64,000 bases of DNA, taken from positions 1,184,001 to 1,248,000 of the forward strand of contig OZ242358.1 of NCBI GenBank assembly GCA_965208835.1. Reading direction: 5' to 3'. The stretch comes from Candidatus Latescibacterota bacterium (GTDB lineage Bacteria > Latescibacterota > UBA2968 > GCA-2709665). Shown piece after piece: positions 9,323-20,198 of this stretch; within the stretch, counting starts at the first letter, position 1; each line of letters begins with the position of its first letter. The notes below the pieces were generated by a model. It saw only the letters and a list, made by a program, of their open reading frames with translations, made no database searches and was not told the origin of the DNA. The position numbers and the translations under genes are program-made.

Positions 9323-11176
9323 ATGAGATTTCGAACACCGCACGCTTCGGCAACCATGATTGCCGTTGCCGGCCTGCTCGTGCTGGCCTGCGTCTGTACC
9401 AATGCGGCTCCCGCCCTCGCAGCGTGTCCGCTTCCTCCCGGCGTTACGCCTCCTGATAACCCCGGTGTGACGGCGCGACAGGTCGTAGACGGCAGCGCGA
9501 GCCTGGAGGAATTCGCGCTGGCCGCGAGAGATTTCTACAGGAGCGAGTCCCGGGGCCAAGCGACACTTGAACGAGCGGCATACCTCGGATGTCTCACCAG
9601 GCAGGACGATGGAGTCTGGCGTTCCGGTTCCACGTATATCGTGAGCCTGACGCCCGACGGAAGGGTGTTCATTCACGCTAAGGAGATGGCATTATCGGGC
9701 AGGTTGCTTAACCCCTTGGTTTATGGAGCGATCCTTTCTGGCTTGGGCGTATCCTCAGCCGATCTGGCCAACATGGCCTCACCGGACCCTGCTACCGCCG
9801 CCCGGGCATTTGGAGCTGTGATGGGCGTGTTGATGCAAGAGCCGGACGGCCCATTCGATGCGACCACACCTGTTCCTGGCCTGCGACCCGGCATACCAGG
9901 CGCCTCAGGCCATGCAAGCGTCTACTTCTCACTCAATTTCAAGAGCCCGATCGTGATACTCGCCGGTTTCGATCTCAATGAAACTCACGTGACTGAAGAA
10001 GACATCGATTTCGGCGACCCGTCCGTTACCGCCGAGGACGTGGTGGACCGCGGGACTTTGAAGGCCTTCGTCACGGAGGCGATGAATTACTTTCGCGCAG
10101 CCTACGAATCTGGAGGAATAAGTGCTATCTCGAAGGTCAGGACAGCCTTTCGGGATCCGAATGGGCCCTGGAGACACGGTTCGGTGTATCTCTACATCCT
10201 GGATCGCACCAGCAACACAATTCTGCTTCACGGCGCGTTTCCTAATAGATTCGAGCTACAGCCTCTGGTAGCGACTGTTCGCGATGTCGTGAGCGGACAT
10301 CTCGTTCTGCCGCAGGTAATCGAAGCGGCGGCCGGCAGCAGGGAAGGCGGCTTCGTGGAGTATTACTTTGACGACCCCAATGACGAAACCGACAGAGCCG
10401 ACATCCCGAAGGTGGGATACGCACGCGAGTTCACCGGTGAAATCCAACGGCCGGACGGAAGCGTTGTCCCAACTCACTATGTTATTGGGTCAGGTTTCTA
10501 CGGACGCGCTGCCGATGCTGCGACCGGTCCCGGCACGGTCGTGGAGGCCGCGGTGCTGGGCAACGCCGTCGAGGGGCTGGACGTGGCGTTTTCCCGCGCT
10601 ATTGCCGGTCGCCAGTCCGACTACGCCTGGAGTGCCGTCACCGATGCTGCCGGCCTTTTCACCCTGACGATCACCAGCAAGCATGGCGTGAGCGGTTACT
10701 ATCGTGCCCGGGCCACCAAACCCGACGGCGAGGTCGTGGGCCGCTGGAGCAGCATTCCCCTTAATGTCGATCAACGGCAGGTGTTGGAACTGACGTTGGG
10801 CGGCGGCGCTCGAGTTGTGCGGGTCCAGCCGCTGGCGGCATCCAGTCCTGAGGCAGCAGCCAAACCGGCGTTCTCGGCCGAGGCCGTGCCGGAGGCCAGC
10901 GGTCTGTCGCCCAATTCACCCAACCCGTTCAACAGCGCCACGCTGATCACGTACCATTTGTCGAGCCCGGGGCCGGTGACGCTGGTGATCTTCAACGTGC
11001 TGGGTCAGCCCGTAAGGACGCTGGTGGACGAGACCCGCGGGGCGGGCACGTATCATGTCAGGTGGGACGCGCGCGACGACGGCGGCGGCGGCGCGTTGCT
11101 GTCGACCGGGGTGTATATCGCCCGCCTGAACTATCCCGGCGGTGTATCGACGCAACGGCTTCTCTACCTCAAGTAA
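9323..11176 (+). CDS. Secreted tandem-Cache protein with C-terminal T9SS-type/FlgD sorting domain, paralog 1
   Basis: Signal peptide ending ALA; Cache-like motifs WRHGSVYLYILD, HGAFP, GGFVEYYFDDP, PKVGYA, IGSGFY; C-terminal NSPNPFNSAT...IFNVLGQPVRTLVD...WDARDD...GVYIARL. Confidence 0.85.
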   Translation: MRFRTPHASATMIAVAGLLVLACVCTNAAPALAACPLPPGVTPPDNPGVTARQVVDGSASLEEFALAARDFYRSESRGQATLERAAYLGCLTRQDDGVWRSGSTYIVSLTPDGRVFIHAKEMALSGRLLNPLVYGAILSGLGVSSADLANMASPDPATAARAFGAVMGVLMQEPDGPFDATTPVPGLRPGIPGASGHASVYFSLNFKSPIVILAGFDLNETHVTEEDIDFGDPSVTAEDVVDRGTLKAFVTEAMNYFRAAYESGGISAISKVRTAFRDPNGPWRHGSVYLYILDRTSNTILLHGAFPNRFELQPLVATVRDVVSGHLVLPQVIEAAAGSREGGFVEYYFDDPNDETDRADIPKVGYAREFTGEIQRPDGSVVPTHYVIGSGFYGRAADAATGPGTVVEAAVLGNAVEGLDVAFSRAIAGRQSDYAWSAVTDAAGLFTLTITSKHGVSGYYRARATKPDGEVVGRWSSIPLNVDQRQVLELTLGGGARVVRVQPLAASSPEAAAKPAFSAEAVPEASGLSPNSPNPFNSATLITYHLSSPGPVTLVIFNVLGQPVRTLVDETRGAGTYHVRWDARDDGGGGALLSTGVYIARLNYPGGVSTQRLLYLK

Positions 11177-11270
11177 CGCGAGAGCAAATTTAAAACTGCT
11201 TCTCAGAAAGAGGACAACCGTCCCACGTCACCCTGGTGAACCCGTTTTTCCTGGAAGGAGAATCGCTGAG

Positions 11271-13118
11271 ATGAAGATTCGAACATTGTTCACGTCGGCA
11301 TCCATGATTCCTGTTGTCGGGCTGCTCGCGCTGGCCAGCGTGCTTTCCACCGCACACCATGCAGAGGCGCAGGATCCTTGCCCGCTTCCTCCCGGTGTGA
11401 CTGCCCCGCCGGACCCGGCTGTGACGGCGCAACAGGTGGAAGAAGGCAGCGCCAGCCTGACCGAATTCGGACTGTCCACGAGAGACGCGTTCAGGAATCG
11501 CAGCCATGCGGAAGCGGTAACGAGCTTCGGGCAAATATCCTACTTCGGATGTCTCGTCAGGCGGGAGAACGGGCCGTGGCGCTCCGGTTCCACTTACGTC
11601 GTGATGTTGACGCCCAACGGCAGGGTGTTACTTCACTCGAAGGAAATGGCATTATCGGGCGGGCTGCTCAATCCCGCCATTTACGGAGCAATCCTCGCTT
11701 CGTTGGGCGTGTCCCTGTCGGATCTTGCCAATCTGGCGTCCCCGGATCCTGCTACCGCCGCCCAGGCGTTCGGCGCGGTCATGGCAGTTTTGTCGCAGGA
11801 ACCGGACGGCGTATTCGATGCGACCATCTCGATTCCGGGACGAACGCCAGGCATTCCGGGCGCCTCCGGCCATGCCAGCGCCTATGTCTCGGGCAGTGTA
11901 CGGCAGCCGTTCATCCTGCTCACCGGATTCGATCTCCAACGAATTCACCTGGCGCAGGAAGAGATCGACTACGGAGACCCGGCCGTTACGGCCATGGACG
12001 TGATGGACCGCGAATCCCTGAAGGCTTTCGTCAACGAAGCAGGACGGTACTGTATCGGACTCCAGGGGAGAGACGATATTGACAGAGCCAAGATTGCTCT
12101 GCGGGATCCCAACGGGCCCTGGAGACACGGTTCGGTGTACCTCTACGTCCTGGACCTTGTTTCGAACATCATCCTGATTCACGGCGCGTTTCCGGACAGA
12201 TTCGAGCTTAGACCCCTGACACCGACCGTCAAGGACGTCGTTACCGGAGAGTTCGTTCTGCCGCAGGTCCTCGAAGCAGCGAGGAGCAACCCGGAAGGCG
12301 GCTTCGTAGAGTATTACTTCGACGATCCCAATGACGACTCCGACAGCGCGGATATCCCAAAGGTCGGCTACGCCCGACAGTTCACAACTGAACTCGATAT
12401 TGGCGGACGGGTCATACCTCTCAATTTCATCATCGGATCGGGTTTTTATGGGCGTGCGGCCGATGTCGTGACGGGTCCCAGTACGGTCGTGGAGGCCACG
12501 GTGCTGGGTGATGCTGTGGAGGGGCTGGACGTTGAATTTTCCCGCGCTATCGCCGGTCGCCGGCCCGACTACGCCTGGAGTACCGTCACCGATGCTGCCG
12601 GCCTTCTAACGTTGACAATCTCCAGCCCGGATGGTGTGAGCGGTTACTACCGGGCCCGTGCCACGAACGCCGATGGCGACGTTATGGGCCGGTGGAGCAG
12701 CATTCCGCTCAATGTCAATCAACGGCAGGTTCTGGAATTGACACTGGGCGGCGGTGCGAGGGTCGTTCGTGTGCAACAGCTGGCTACAGACGCGCCGGTG
12801 GCTGCCGCCAAGCCTTCGTTCGCGGCAGAGGCCGTGCCGGTGGCCAGCGGACTTTCGCCAAATTCGCCGAACCCGTTCAACAGCGCCACGCTGATCACGT
12901 ACCACCTGGCCAGCCCGGGTCCGGCAAAGCTGGTGATCTACAATGTGCTGGGCCAGCCCGTACGGACGCTGGTGGATGAGGCCGGTGGGGCGGGCACCTA
13001 TCATGTGAGGTGGGACGCGCGCGACGACGGCGGCGCGTTGCTGTCGACGGGGGTGTATATCGCACGGCTGAGCTATCCCGGTGGGGTGCATACACAGCGA
13101 CTGCTGTACCTGAAATAG
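11271..13118 (+). CDS. Secreted tandem-Cache protein, paralog 2
   Basis: Same architecture; ATG 11271 after GAAGGAG aligns with the other paralog starts. Confidence 0.85.
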   Translation: MKIRTLFTSASMIPVVGLLALASVLSTAHHAEAQDPCPLPPGVTAPPDPAVTAQQVEEGSASLTEFGLSTRDAFRNRSHAEAVTSFGQISYFGCLVRRENGPWRSGSTYVVMLTPNGRVLLHSKEMALSGGLLNPAIYGAILASLGVSLSDLANLASPDPATAAQAFGAVMAVLSQEPDGVFDATISIPGRTPGIPGASGHASAYVSGSVRQPFILLTGFDLQRIHLAQEEIDYGDPAVTAMDVMDRESLKAFVNEAGRYCIGLQGRDDIDRAKIALRDPNGPWRHGSVYLYVLDLVSNIILIHGAFPDRFELRPLTPTVKDVVTGEFVLPQVLEAARSNPEGGFVEYYFDDPNDDSDSADIPKVGYARQFTTELDIGGRVIPLNFIIGSGFYGRAADVVTGPSTVVEATVLGDAVEGLDVEFSRAIAGRRPDYAWSTVTDAAGLLTLTISSPDGVSGYYRARATNADGDVMGRWSSIPLNVNQRQVLELTLGGGARVVRVQQLATDAPVAAAKPSFAAEAVPVASGLSPNSPNPFNSATLITYHLASPGPAKLVIYNVLGQPVRTLVDEAGGAGTYHVRWDARDDGGALLSTGVYIARLSYPGGVHTQRLLYLK

Positions 13119-13151
13119 CGTCGAACGGTTGGATAGATTGCCTTATCCCGG

Positions 13152-13218
13152 AGAACCCGTTTGGAATTGCCCCATTCAGCCTTTAGTTCGAGGCGTGCGG
13201 GGATTTCAGACGGGTTCT
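13152..13218 (+). repeat. Conserved ~66-bp hairpin after paralog 2 (probable terminator/3' RNA element)
   Basis: AGAACCCGT...ACGGGTTCT followed by a T-run; 33 bp after the stop. Confidence 0.75.
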
Positions 13219-13423
13219 TTTTTCGTGGCGGACACTCACTGAAAAAGCCTGATAACCAACAGGACCTGCTTGACCACGGTTTCCTTTGCGTGCGCTGAAC
13301 ACGGATGCTGTCGTGCGACCGCATTGCGAATTTCCAGATTGGGGTGCCGGATCCAGGAACTTCCGGCGGTCAGTTTGGCAACATCGGTACAATTCAGGAA
13401 GTATCGTAGACGGTATTTTTCGA

Positions 13424-13452
13424 TTGCATGACGGATGGAATGGTCTTAACAT
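13424..13452 (+). promoter_or_regulatory. Sigma70-type promoter of paralog 3
   Basis: TTGCAT-N17-TAACAT; same arrangement before paralogs 4-6. Confidence 0.7.
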
Positions 13453-13558
13453 GCGCGTCTGCAAGATTCGGTCCGTAGCGACAGTCTCATTTCTCAGAGC
13501 GAGGACAACCAGCCGCATTCACGCTAGAGAGCTTGTCTTTACGTGAGGGAGAACCGTC

Positions 13559-15403
13559 ATGACGAAAGTTCGAACACTGTTCACTTCGGCATCCATTATT
13601 CCTGTTGTCAGCCTGTTGGTACTGGCCGCCGTCTCTGCCCAGGCGCCTCCCGCCCTGGCATATTGTCCACCCCCACCCGGCGTGACTACCCCCGAGGAAC
13701 CGAGCGTGACGGCGCAGCAGGTGGAAGACGGAAGCGCAAGCCTGAAGGACTTCGCGCTGGCCTCGAGGGAACGATTTGTTATGCAGATCCAGACGGCTGA
13801 GAATCTGGGACAAGTGGTATACTATGGATGTCTCTTCCGGCAAGAGGGGAGCTTTTGGCATTCCGGTTCCACCTACCTCGTGATTCTGAGGGCCGATGGC
13901 AGTATTCTGATTCACGCGAAGAACATGGCATTGGCGAGCAGACGACTCAACCCCCTTGTCTATGCAGAGATCCTTTCTTCGTTGGGATTACCCTCAACCG
14001 TTCTGGGCAACCTGGCATCTCCCGATTCTGCTGTTGCCGCCCAGGCTAGTGCCGATGTCTTTGATATGTTGTCGCAAGGACCGGATGCCGCATTCGATGC
14101 GACCACCCCTATACCAGGCCTGCGACCCGGCATACCGGGTGCCTCCGGCTATGCCGCCGCATATTGGTCGGACTTCTTTAGAGGCCCGCTTGTGATGGTA
14201 GCCGGTTTCGAACTCGATGATACTCACCTGATTGAAGAAGAGATCGATCACATTACACCGGCCGTTTCCGCCAGGGACGTGGTGGATCGAGAAACCCTGA
14301 AGGCCTTCGTCACGGAGGCCGGGGAGTACTGTCTCGAACTTAGGAAAACCGGCAATTTCCCCGGTGGGATAGCCAGGATCGCCCTGCGGGATCCGAACGG
14401 GCCCTGGAGACACGGTTCCGTGTACCTCTATGTCTTGGATACGACCAGCAACATAATCCAGATACACGCTGCGTTTCCGAACAGATACGAGCTTCGACCT
14501 CTGATAGCCACCGTCCGGGACGCGGTTACCGGAAAACTCATACTTCCGCAGGTCATCGAAGCGGCGAAGAGTGACCCGGAGGGCGGCTTCGTGGAGTATT
14601 ACTTTGACGATCCCAATGACGACACCGACAGTGCCGATATCCCCAAGGTGGGATACGCACGCGAGTTCAAGACGAAAACCGAGTTAGGTGGAAGGGTAGT
14701 CCCATACAACTTCATTATCGGGTCGGGTTTTTATGGGCGCGCGCCCGAAGTCGCGACGGGTCCCAGAACGGTCGTGGAGGCCACGGTGCTGGGCGATGCG
14801 GTGGAAGGGCTGGACGTCGAGTTTTCCCGCGCCATCGCCGGCCGCGTTTCCAACTACGCGTGGAGTGCCGTCACCGATGCTGCAGGCCTTCTGTCGCTGA
14901 CCATCTCCGGCGCGGATGGCGTGAGCGGTTACTATCGAGCCCGCGCCACGAACGTGGATGGTGAGGTCGTCGGTCAGTGGAGCAGCATTCCTCTGAACGA
15001 AGGCCACCGACAGACCCTGGAACTAACGCTGGGCGGGGGCGCGAGGGTCGTACGGGTCACGTCGCTGGATGCGGCAGAGCCGGTGGCTGCCGCCAAGCCG
15101 GTTTTCGAAGCTGAGACTGTGCCGGAAGCCAGCGGTCTTTCACCTAATTCGCCCAATCCATTCAACAGCGCCACCGTGATCACCTACCACCTGTCCAGCG
15201 CGGGCCCGGTGCAACTGGTGATCTACAATGTGCTGGGTCAGCCCGTACGGACGCTCATGGACGAGTCCAGCGCGGCGGGCACTTATAAGGTCAGGTGGGA
15301 CGCACGTGACGAGTTTGGCGTCTCTCTGTCGACGGGAGTCTATATCGCACGCCTGAGCTATCCCGGTGGTGCGCAGACTCAGCGGCTGCTGTACCTCAAA
15401 TAG
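13559..15403 (+). CDS. Secreted tandem-Cache protein, paralog 3
   Basis: Same architecture, intact 614 aa. Confidence 0.85.
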   Translation: MTKVRTLFTSASIIPVVSLLVLAAVSAQAPPALAYCPPPPGVTTPEEPSVTAQQVEDGSASLKDFALASRERFVMQIQTAENLGQVVYYGCLFRQEGSFWHSGSTYLVILRADGSILIHAKNMALASRRLNPLVYAEILSSLGLPSTVLGNLASPDSAVAAQASADVFDMLSQGPDAAFDATTPIPGLRPGIPGASGYAAAYWSDFFRGPLVMVAGFELDDTHLIEEEIDHITPAVSARDVVDRETLKAFVTEAGEYCLELRKTGNFPGGIARIALRDPNGPWRHGSVYLYVLDTTSNIIQIHAAFPNRYELRPLIATVRDAVTGKLILPQVIEAAKSDPEGGFVEYYFDDPNDDTDSADIPKVGYAREFKTKTELGGRVVPYNFIIGSGFYGRAPEVATGPRTVVEATVLGDAVEGLDVEFSRAIAGRVSNYAWSAVTDAAGLLSLTISGADGVSGYYRARATNVDGEVVGQWSSIPLNEGHRQTLELTLGGGARVVRVTSLDAAEPVAAAKPVFEAETVPEASGLSPNSPNPFNSATVITYHLSSAGPVQLVIYNVLGQPVRTLMDESSAAGTYKVRWDARDEFGVSLSTGVYIARLSYPGGAQTQRLLYLK

Positions 15404-15435
15404 CGCCAGAAGGTCAGGCGGGAAACCCTCTCCTT

Positions 15436-15501
15436 AGAACCCGTCCGGAAACACCCGATAGGCCTTGATTTCAAGGCCATAGGGGTTCTCAGACGGGTTC
15501 T
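15436..15501 (+). repeat. Conserved hairpin after paralog 3
   Basis: AGAACCCGT...GGCCTTGA-tt-TCAAGGCC...ACGGGTTCT; 32 bp after the stop. Confidence 0.75.
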
Positions 15502-15629
15502 ATTCGAATCAACCGAAGACCTGCTCCGGTCCAGAATACGACATAAGTAACAGGCAATCAACACGTTAAAGAAATCGTGGCCCGACGAGAAGGCAATAAT
15601 AACAAGGCGATCGTCGGCGGTTTTTTTAT

Positions 15630-15658
15630 TTGCATGCCGGGCAGAATTCCTTTAACAT
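15630..15658 (+). promoter_or_regulatory. Sigma70-type promoter of paralog 4
   Basis: TTGCAT-N17-TAACAT. Confidence 0.7.
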
Positions 15659-15763
15659 GCCAACTTGGGCGCACGGTCCGAAGCGTTTACCCGATATCTC
15701 AAAAAGAGGACAACCAGTAGTTGCCACGTCAGTGAGCGATTTTTCTCGAGAGGGAGATCCGTT

Positions 15764-17572
15764 ATGAAGAAAGCTCGAACACCGTTAATATCGGCATCCA
15801 TAATTCCTGTTGTCAGCCTCTTGGCGCTCGTCGCCGTCTTTGCCAACGCGGGTTCCTCCGTTGCTCAGGATCGGGGAGAATGCGTACTCCCTGAAGGCGT
15901 GACCCCTCCGGCGGACCCAAGCGTGACCGCGCAACAGGTGGAAGACGGAAGCGCTACCTTGAAAGAATTCGGGTTGGAAGCAAGAAATCGATTCAGTCAA
16001 GGGGCAGGTTCTCGTGAACTGCAACTGTACGTCGGTTGCGTCCTGCGGCAAGAGGGGAGCCATTTGAACTCCGGTTCCACATATCTTGTGCAATTGACGC
16101 CTGATGGAAGGGTGTTTATTCACGCGAAAAATATGGCGCTGTCGGGAAGGTTGCTCAATCGCCTGATTTATGGAACTATTCTTCGAGCATTGGAAATCGA
16201 TTTGGCTGGATTGCAGGACGATCCTGCCGCGTTAACGGCTGCCTTCATTGAGGCTGCAGGCAGGGATGGCGGCGAGTTCAACATGCCTGCTATCCCAGGG
16301 GCTTCAGGCTATGCCGCTGTCTACTTTTCGAGAAATTTCAGACTCCCTATTGTGTTGCTTGCCGGATTCGACCTCAACGAGTCCCACCTGGTCGAAGAGG
16401 AAATCGACTATGGTATTCCCGCCGTTACTGCAAGTGAAGTGGTGGACAGGTAAACTCTAAAAGCCTTTGTTACCCAGGCAGGGGAGGCTTTTCTCAATCA
16501 GCAGAAGGGAGGCGACCTGTCCGCGACCTCGAAGGCCAGAGTGGCCTTGAGAGACCCGAATGGGCCCTGGAGACACGGTTCCGTATACCTCTATGTCCTG
16601 GATCTAACAAGCAACATCATCCTGTTCCACGGCGCGTTTCCTGACCTGTACGAACTGCGGCCTCTGATAGCGACCGTCCGGGACGTGGTTACCGGAGAGC
16701 TTGTTTTGCCGCAGGTCATCGAGGCGGCGAAAAGCAGCCCGGATGGCGGCTTCGTGGAGTATTACTTTGACGATCCCACTGACGACACGGACAGCGCAGA
16801 TATCCCCAAAGTGGGTTATGCCCGTCAGTTTACCGGTCAACGCGAGAGAGAAGACGGGACTGTACTTCCTATAAATTTCATCGTCGGGTCAGGATTTTAC
16901 GGACGCGCGCCCGATGTTGTCGCAACGGGTCCCAGTACGGTCGTTGAGGCCACGGTACTGGGGGACGCGGTGGAGGGACTGGACGTCGAGTTTTCCCGCG
17001 CCATCGCCGGACGTCAGTCCGAGTACGCGTGGAGCGCCGTCACCGATGCTGCCGGCATTCTGTCGCTGACCATCTCCAGTGCGGATGGGGTGAGCGGTTA
17101 CTATCGTGCCCGGGCCACCAATGCCGATGGCGAGGTCGTGGGCCGGTGGAGCAGTATACCTCTGACCGAAGGCCGCCGCCAGGCCCTGGAACTGACGCTG
17201 GGCGGGGGCGCGAAGGTCGTACGGGTCGCGTCGCTGTCTGCGGCGGAGCTGGTGGCTGCCGCCAAGCCGGTTTTCGAAGCTGAGACTGTGCCGGAAGCCA
17301 GCGGTCTTTCACCTAATTCGCCCAATCCATTCAACAGCGCCACCGTGATCGCCTACCACCTGTCCAGCGAGGGTCCGGTGCAACTGGTGATCTATAATGT
17401 GCTGGGTCAGCCCGTACGGACGCTGGTGGATGAGACCCGCGGGGCGGGCAGGTATCAAGTCAAGTGGGACGCGCGCGACGACGGTGGCGCGTTGCTGTCA
17501 ACCGGAGTGTATATTGCCCGCCTGAGCTATCCTGGCGGCGTGCAGACGCAACGGCTGCTCTACCTGAAATAG
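15764..17572 (+). pseudogene. Secreted tandem-Cache protein, paralog 4, with in-frame nonsense codon
   Basis: VVDR-TAA(16451-16453)-TLKAFVTQAG continues in the same frame; most paralogs have VxDRE, so GAA>TAA. Confidence 0.85.
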
Positions 17573-17604
17573 CGCCAGTCATCGAAGCAGAACGTGATAG
17601 TTTG

Positions 17605-17671
17605 AGAACCCGTTTGGAAACGCCCCATATAGCCTTGAGTACGAGGCTTGCGGTGTTTACGGACGGGTTCT
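17605..17671 (+). repeat. Conserved hairpin after paralog 4
   Basis: AGAACCCGT...ACGGGTTCT; 32 bp after the stop. Confidence 0.75.
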
Positions 17672-17805
17672 TCCTTTTGGGGTGTGAAGGCGGACGATCG
17701 TACCGAAAACCTTTAGTTGCGGCAACGGGTCAAGGGCCGCCAGGCGGTCATGCCGTCCCGATCGTGGACAAAGACGCAAAGACGCAAGGGATCGTGACAT
17801 TTTCG

Positions 17806-17834
17806 TTGCATAAAGAGTCGAACCCACTTAATTT
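17806..17834 (+). promoter_or_regulatory. Sigma70-type promoter of paralog 5
   Basis: TTGCAT-N17-TAATTT. Confidence 0.65.
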
Positions 17835-17938
17835 ACACATTCGTGCGATTCGGTCCCAGGCGACAGCCTCATATCACAGAGAGGGTAGGCAGCCGCAGAT
17901 ACGCTACTGAGCCCGGCTCTCCAGGAGGGAGAACCGTC

Positions 17939-19789
17939 ATGAAGGAAATTCGAACATCGTCCACTTCGGCATCCATAATTCCTGTTGTCGGCCTGCTGAT
18001 GCTGGCCGGCGTCTTTTTCGATCCGGGTCCCGCCGCGGCACAGGGGCTGGGAGATTGCGTACTCCCTGAAGGCGCGAATCCACCCACTGAACCGCATACG
18101 ACGGCGCAGGACGTTGAGAACGGCAGCGCAACCCTGAAGGACTTCGCGCTGGCCGCGAGAGATCAGTTCAAGGTGGGATCTCCAACTCCGGAAGAAGCGT
18201 TCTACTTCGGATGTCTCGTCAGGCAGGAGGGGAGCCATTGGCGTTCCGGTTCCACCTACATCGTGTCAATGCTGGCCGACGGAAGGGTGTTCGTTCACGC
18301 AAAGGATATGGCACTGTCGGGCAGGCTGCTCAACCCTGTAATATACGGAACGATCCTCGCCGCGCTGGGCGTATCTCCAGGCGATCTGGCCAATTTGGCT
18401 TCTCCGGATCCCGCTGTCGCCGCCCAGGCTTTCGGCGCCGTCATGGGCACATTGATGCAGGAACCGGATGGCGCATTCGATGCGACCGCCCCGATTCCAG
18501 GTCTGTCGCCCGGTATACCGGGCGCCTCCGGCTATGCCGCCGTATATTTATCGGGCAATTTCGCGCTTCCGGTTGTAATGCTCGTCGGATTTGACATCAA
18601 TGAAACTCACTTGGCTAAAGAAGACATCGATTACGGCGCCCCTGCCGTCGCCGCCGAGGACGTGGTGGACCGGGAATCCCTGAAGGCCTTCGTCACGCAA
18701 GCGGGAGAATTCATCCTCGAACTCCAGAAGACCGGCGATCTGGCCGCTTCCTCGAAACTCAGGATCGCCCTGCGGGACGCGGACGGACCCTGGAGACACG
18801 GTTCCGTTTACCTTTACGTCCTGGACCTTACCAGCAACATCATCCTGTTCCACGGCGCGTTTCCGGACAGATTCGAGCTGCGGCCTCTTGTCGCGACCGT
18901 CAAGGACGCGGTTACCGGTCAGCTCGTTCTGCCGCAGGTCATCGAGGCGGCGAAGAGCAGCCCGGAAGGCGGCTTCGTGGAGTATTATTTCGACGATCCC
19001 ACCGACGACACGGACAGTGCCGATATTCCCAAGGTGGGCTACGCCCGCGAGTACCACGGGGAATTTGACACAGGCCAACGCATACTCAGACTCAACTTCA
19101 TTGTCGGTTCAGGATTCTACGGGCGCCCGGCCGATGTCGGGACAGGTCCCAGCACGGTCGTGGATGCTACGGTGCTGGGCGACGCGGTGGAGGGGCTGGA
19201 CGTAGACTTTTCTCGCGCCATCGCCGGGCGCCAGTCCGAATACGCGTGGAGTGCGGTCACCGATGCTGCCGGCCTGTTCACCCTGACGATCTCGGGTGAA
19301 AATGACGTGACCGGTTACTACCGGGCCCGGGCCACGAACGCCGACGGAGAGGTCGTGGCCCGGTGGAGCAGCATACCTCTGAATGAGGGCAGGCGCCAGG
19401 TTCTCGAACTGACGCTGGGCGGAGGTGCGAGGGTCGTACGGGTCCGAGAGCTGACTACCGCCGAGCCGGTGGCTGCTGCCAAACCGGTTTTCGAAGCCGA
19501 GACCGTGCCGGAAGCCAGTGGTCTGTCGCCGAATTCGCCCAACCCGTTCAACAGCGCCACCGTGATCACTTACCGTATTTCCAGCGCGGGTCCCGTGAAA
19601 CTGGTGATCTACAATGTCCTGGGTCAGCCTGTACGGACGCTGGTGGATGAGTCCCGCGGGGCGGGCAGCTATCAGGTCAGGTGGGATGCGAAAGACGACG
19701 GTGGCGCGACGCTGTCGACCGGGGTGTATATCGCCCACCTGAGCTATCCCGGCGGTGCGCAGAACCAGCGACTGCTGTATCTCAAATAA
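17939..19789 (+). CDS. Secreted tandem-Cache protein, paralog 5
   Basis: ATG 17939 after GGAGGGAGAACCGTC; intact. Its TAA stop is formed at the repeat B1 insertion junction. Confidence 0.85.
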   Translation: MKEIRTSSTSASIIPVVGLLMLAGVFFDPGPAAAQGLGDCVLPEGANPPTEPHTTAQDVENGSATLKDFALAARDQFKVGSPTPEEAFYFGCLVRQEGSHWRSGSTYIVSMLADGRVFVHAKDMALSGRLLNPVIYGTILAALGVSPGDLANLASPDPAVAAQAFGAVMGTLMQEPDGAFDATAPIPGLSPGIPGASGYAAVYLSGNFALPVVMLVGFDINETHLAKEDIDYGAPAVAAEDVVDRESLKAFVTQAGEFILELQKTGDLAASSKLRIALRDADGPWRHGSVYLYVLDLTSNIILFHGAFPDRFELRPLVATVKDAVTGQLVLPQVIEAAKSSPEGGFVEYYFDDPTDDTDSADIPKVGYAREYHGEFDTGQRILRLNFIVGSGFYGRPADVGTGPSTVVDATVLGDAVEGLDVDFSRAIAGRQSEYAWSAVTDAAGLFTLTISGENDVTGYYRARATNADGEVVARWSSIPLNEGRRQVLELTLGGGARVVRVRELTTAEPVAAAKPVFEAETVPEASGLSPNSPNPFNSATVITYRISSAGPVKLVIYNVLGQPVRTLVDESRGAGSYQVRWDAKDDGGATLSTGVYIAHLSYPGGAQNQRLLYLK

Positions 19790-19943
19790 TGTCCTGTCCC
19801 AAAAATATCTCACCATTCGGTCGCCGATTCATCCCGTCTCGCTGCGTTGCCTTCGCTCGCCGACCTTACGCAGGTCGGTGGCGCCTTGCGAGCCGGGCGA
19901 CTCGACGGCCGAATTCAGGCAACCTATTTCTGGGACAGAACAG
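19789..19943 (+). mobile_element. MITE-like repeat family B, copy 1
   Basis: 155 bp, TIRs ATGTCCTGTCCC...GGGACAGAACAG, TA duplicated (19787-88 and 19944-45). Homologous to 36802-36963 and 45667-45828. Confidence 0.88.
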
Positions 19944-19978
19944 TAGCGCCACACGGTAAGGCAGGAAGGGTTTTTCTG

Positions 19979-20044
19979 AGAACCCGTCCGGAAACACCCG
20001 AATAGCGTTGAACACGAGGGTTGCGGGTTCTTCGGGCGGGTTCT
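19979..20044 (+). repeat. Conserved hairpin after paralog 5
   Basis: AGAACCCGTCCG...CGGGCGGGTTCT; 32 bp after the displaced TAG at 19944-19946. Confidence 0.75.
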
Positions 20045-20169
20045 CTTCGATTCAACCGAATACCTCCGTCGGCTCAGGACACTAGGTAGGACGTATTCAA
20101 CACGCAGAAGAAAGCCCCGCCCGAATTGAAGGCATTGATTGCAAACTGATCGCAGAAAGTCTTTTTAAT

Positions 20170-20198
20170 TTGCATAACCGGTGAATTTTAATTAATAT
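20170..20198 (+). promoter_or_regulatory. Sigma70-type promoter of paralog 6
   Basis: TTGCAT-N17-TAATAT. Confidence 0.7.

Noticed and set aside
11081-11092. (GGC)4 expansion in paralog 1 (DDGGGGA vs DDGGA) as phase variation
   Set aside because: In-frame and short; ordinary slippage with no on/off effect.
16451-16453. Recoded stop (pyrrolysine/selenocysteine or alternative code) in paralog 4
   Set aside because: The codon is TAA at a position that is Glu in most paralogs, and TAA terminates other genes in the window.
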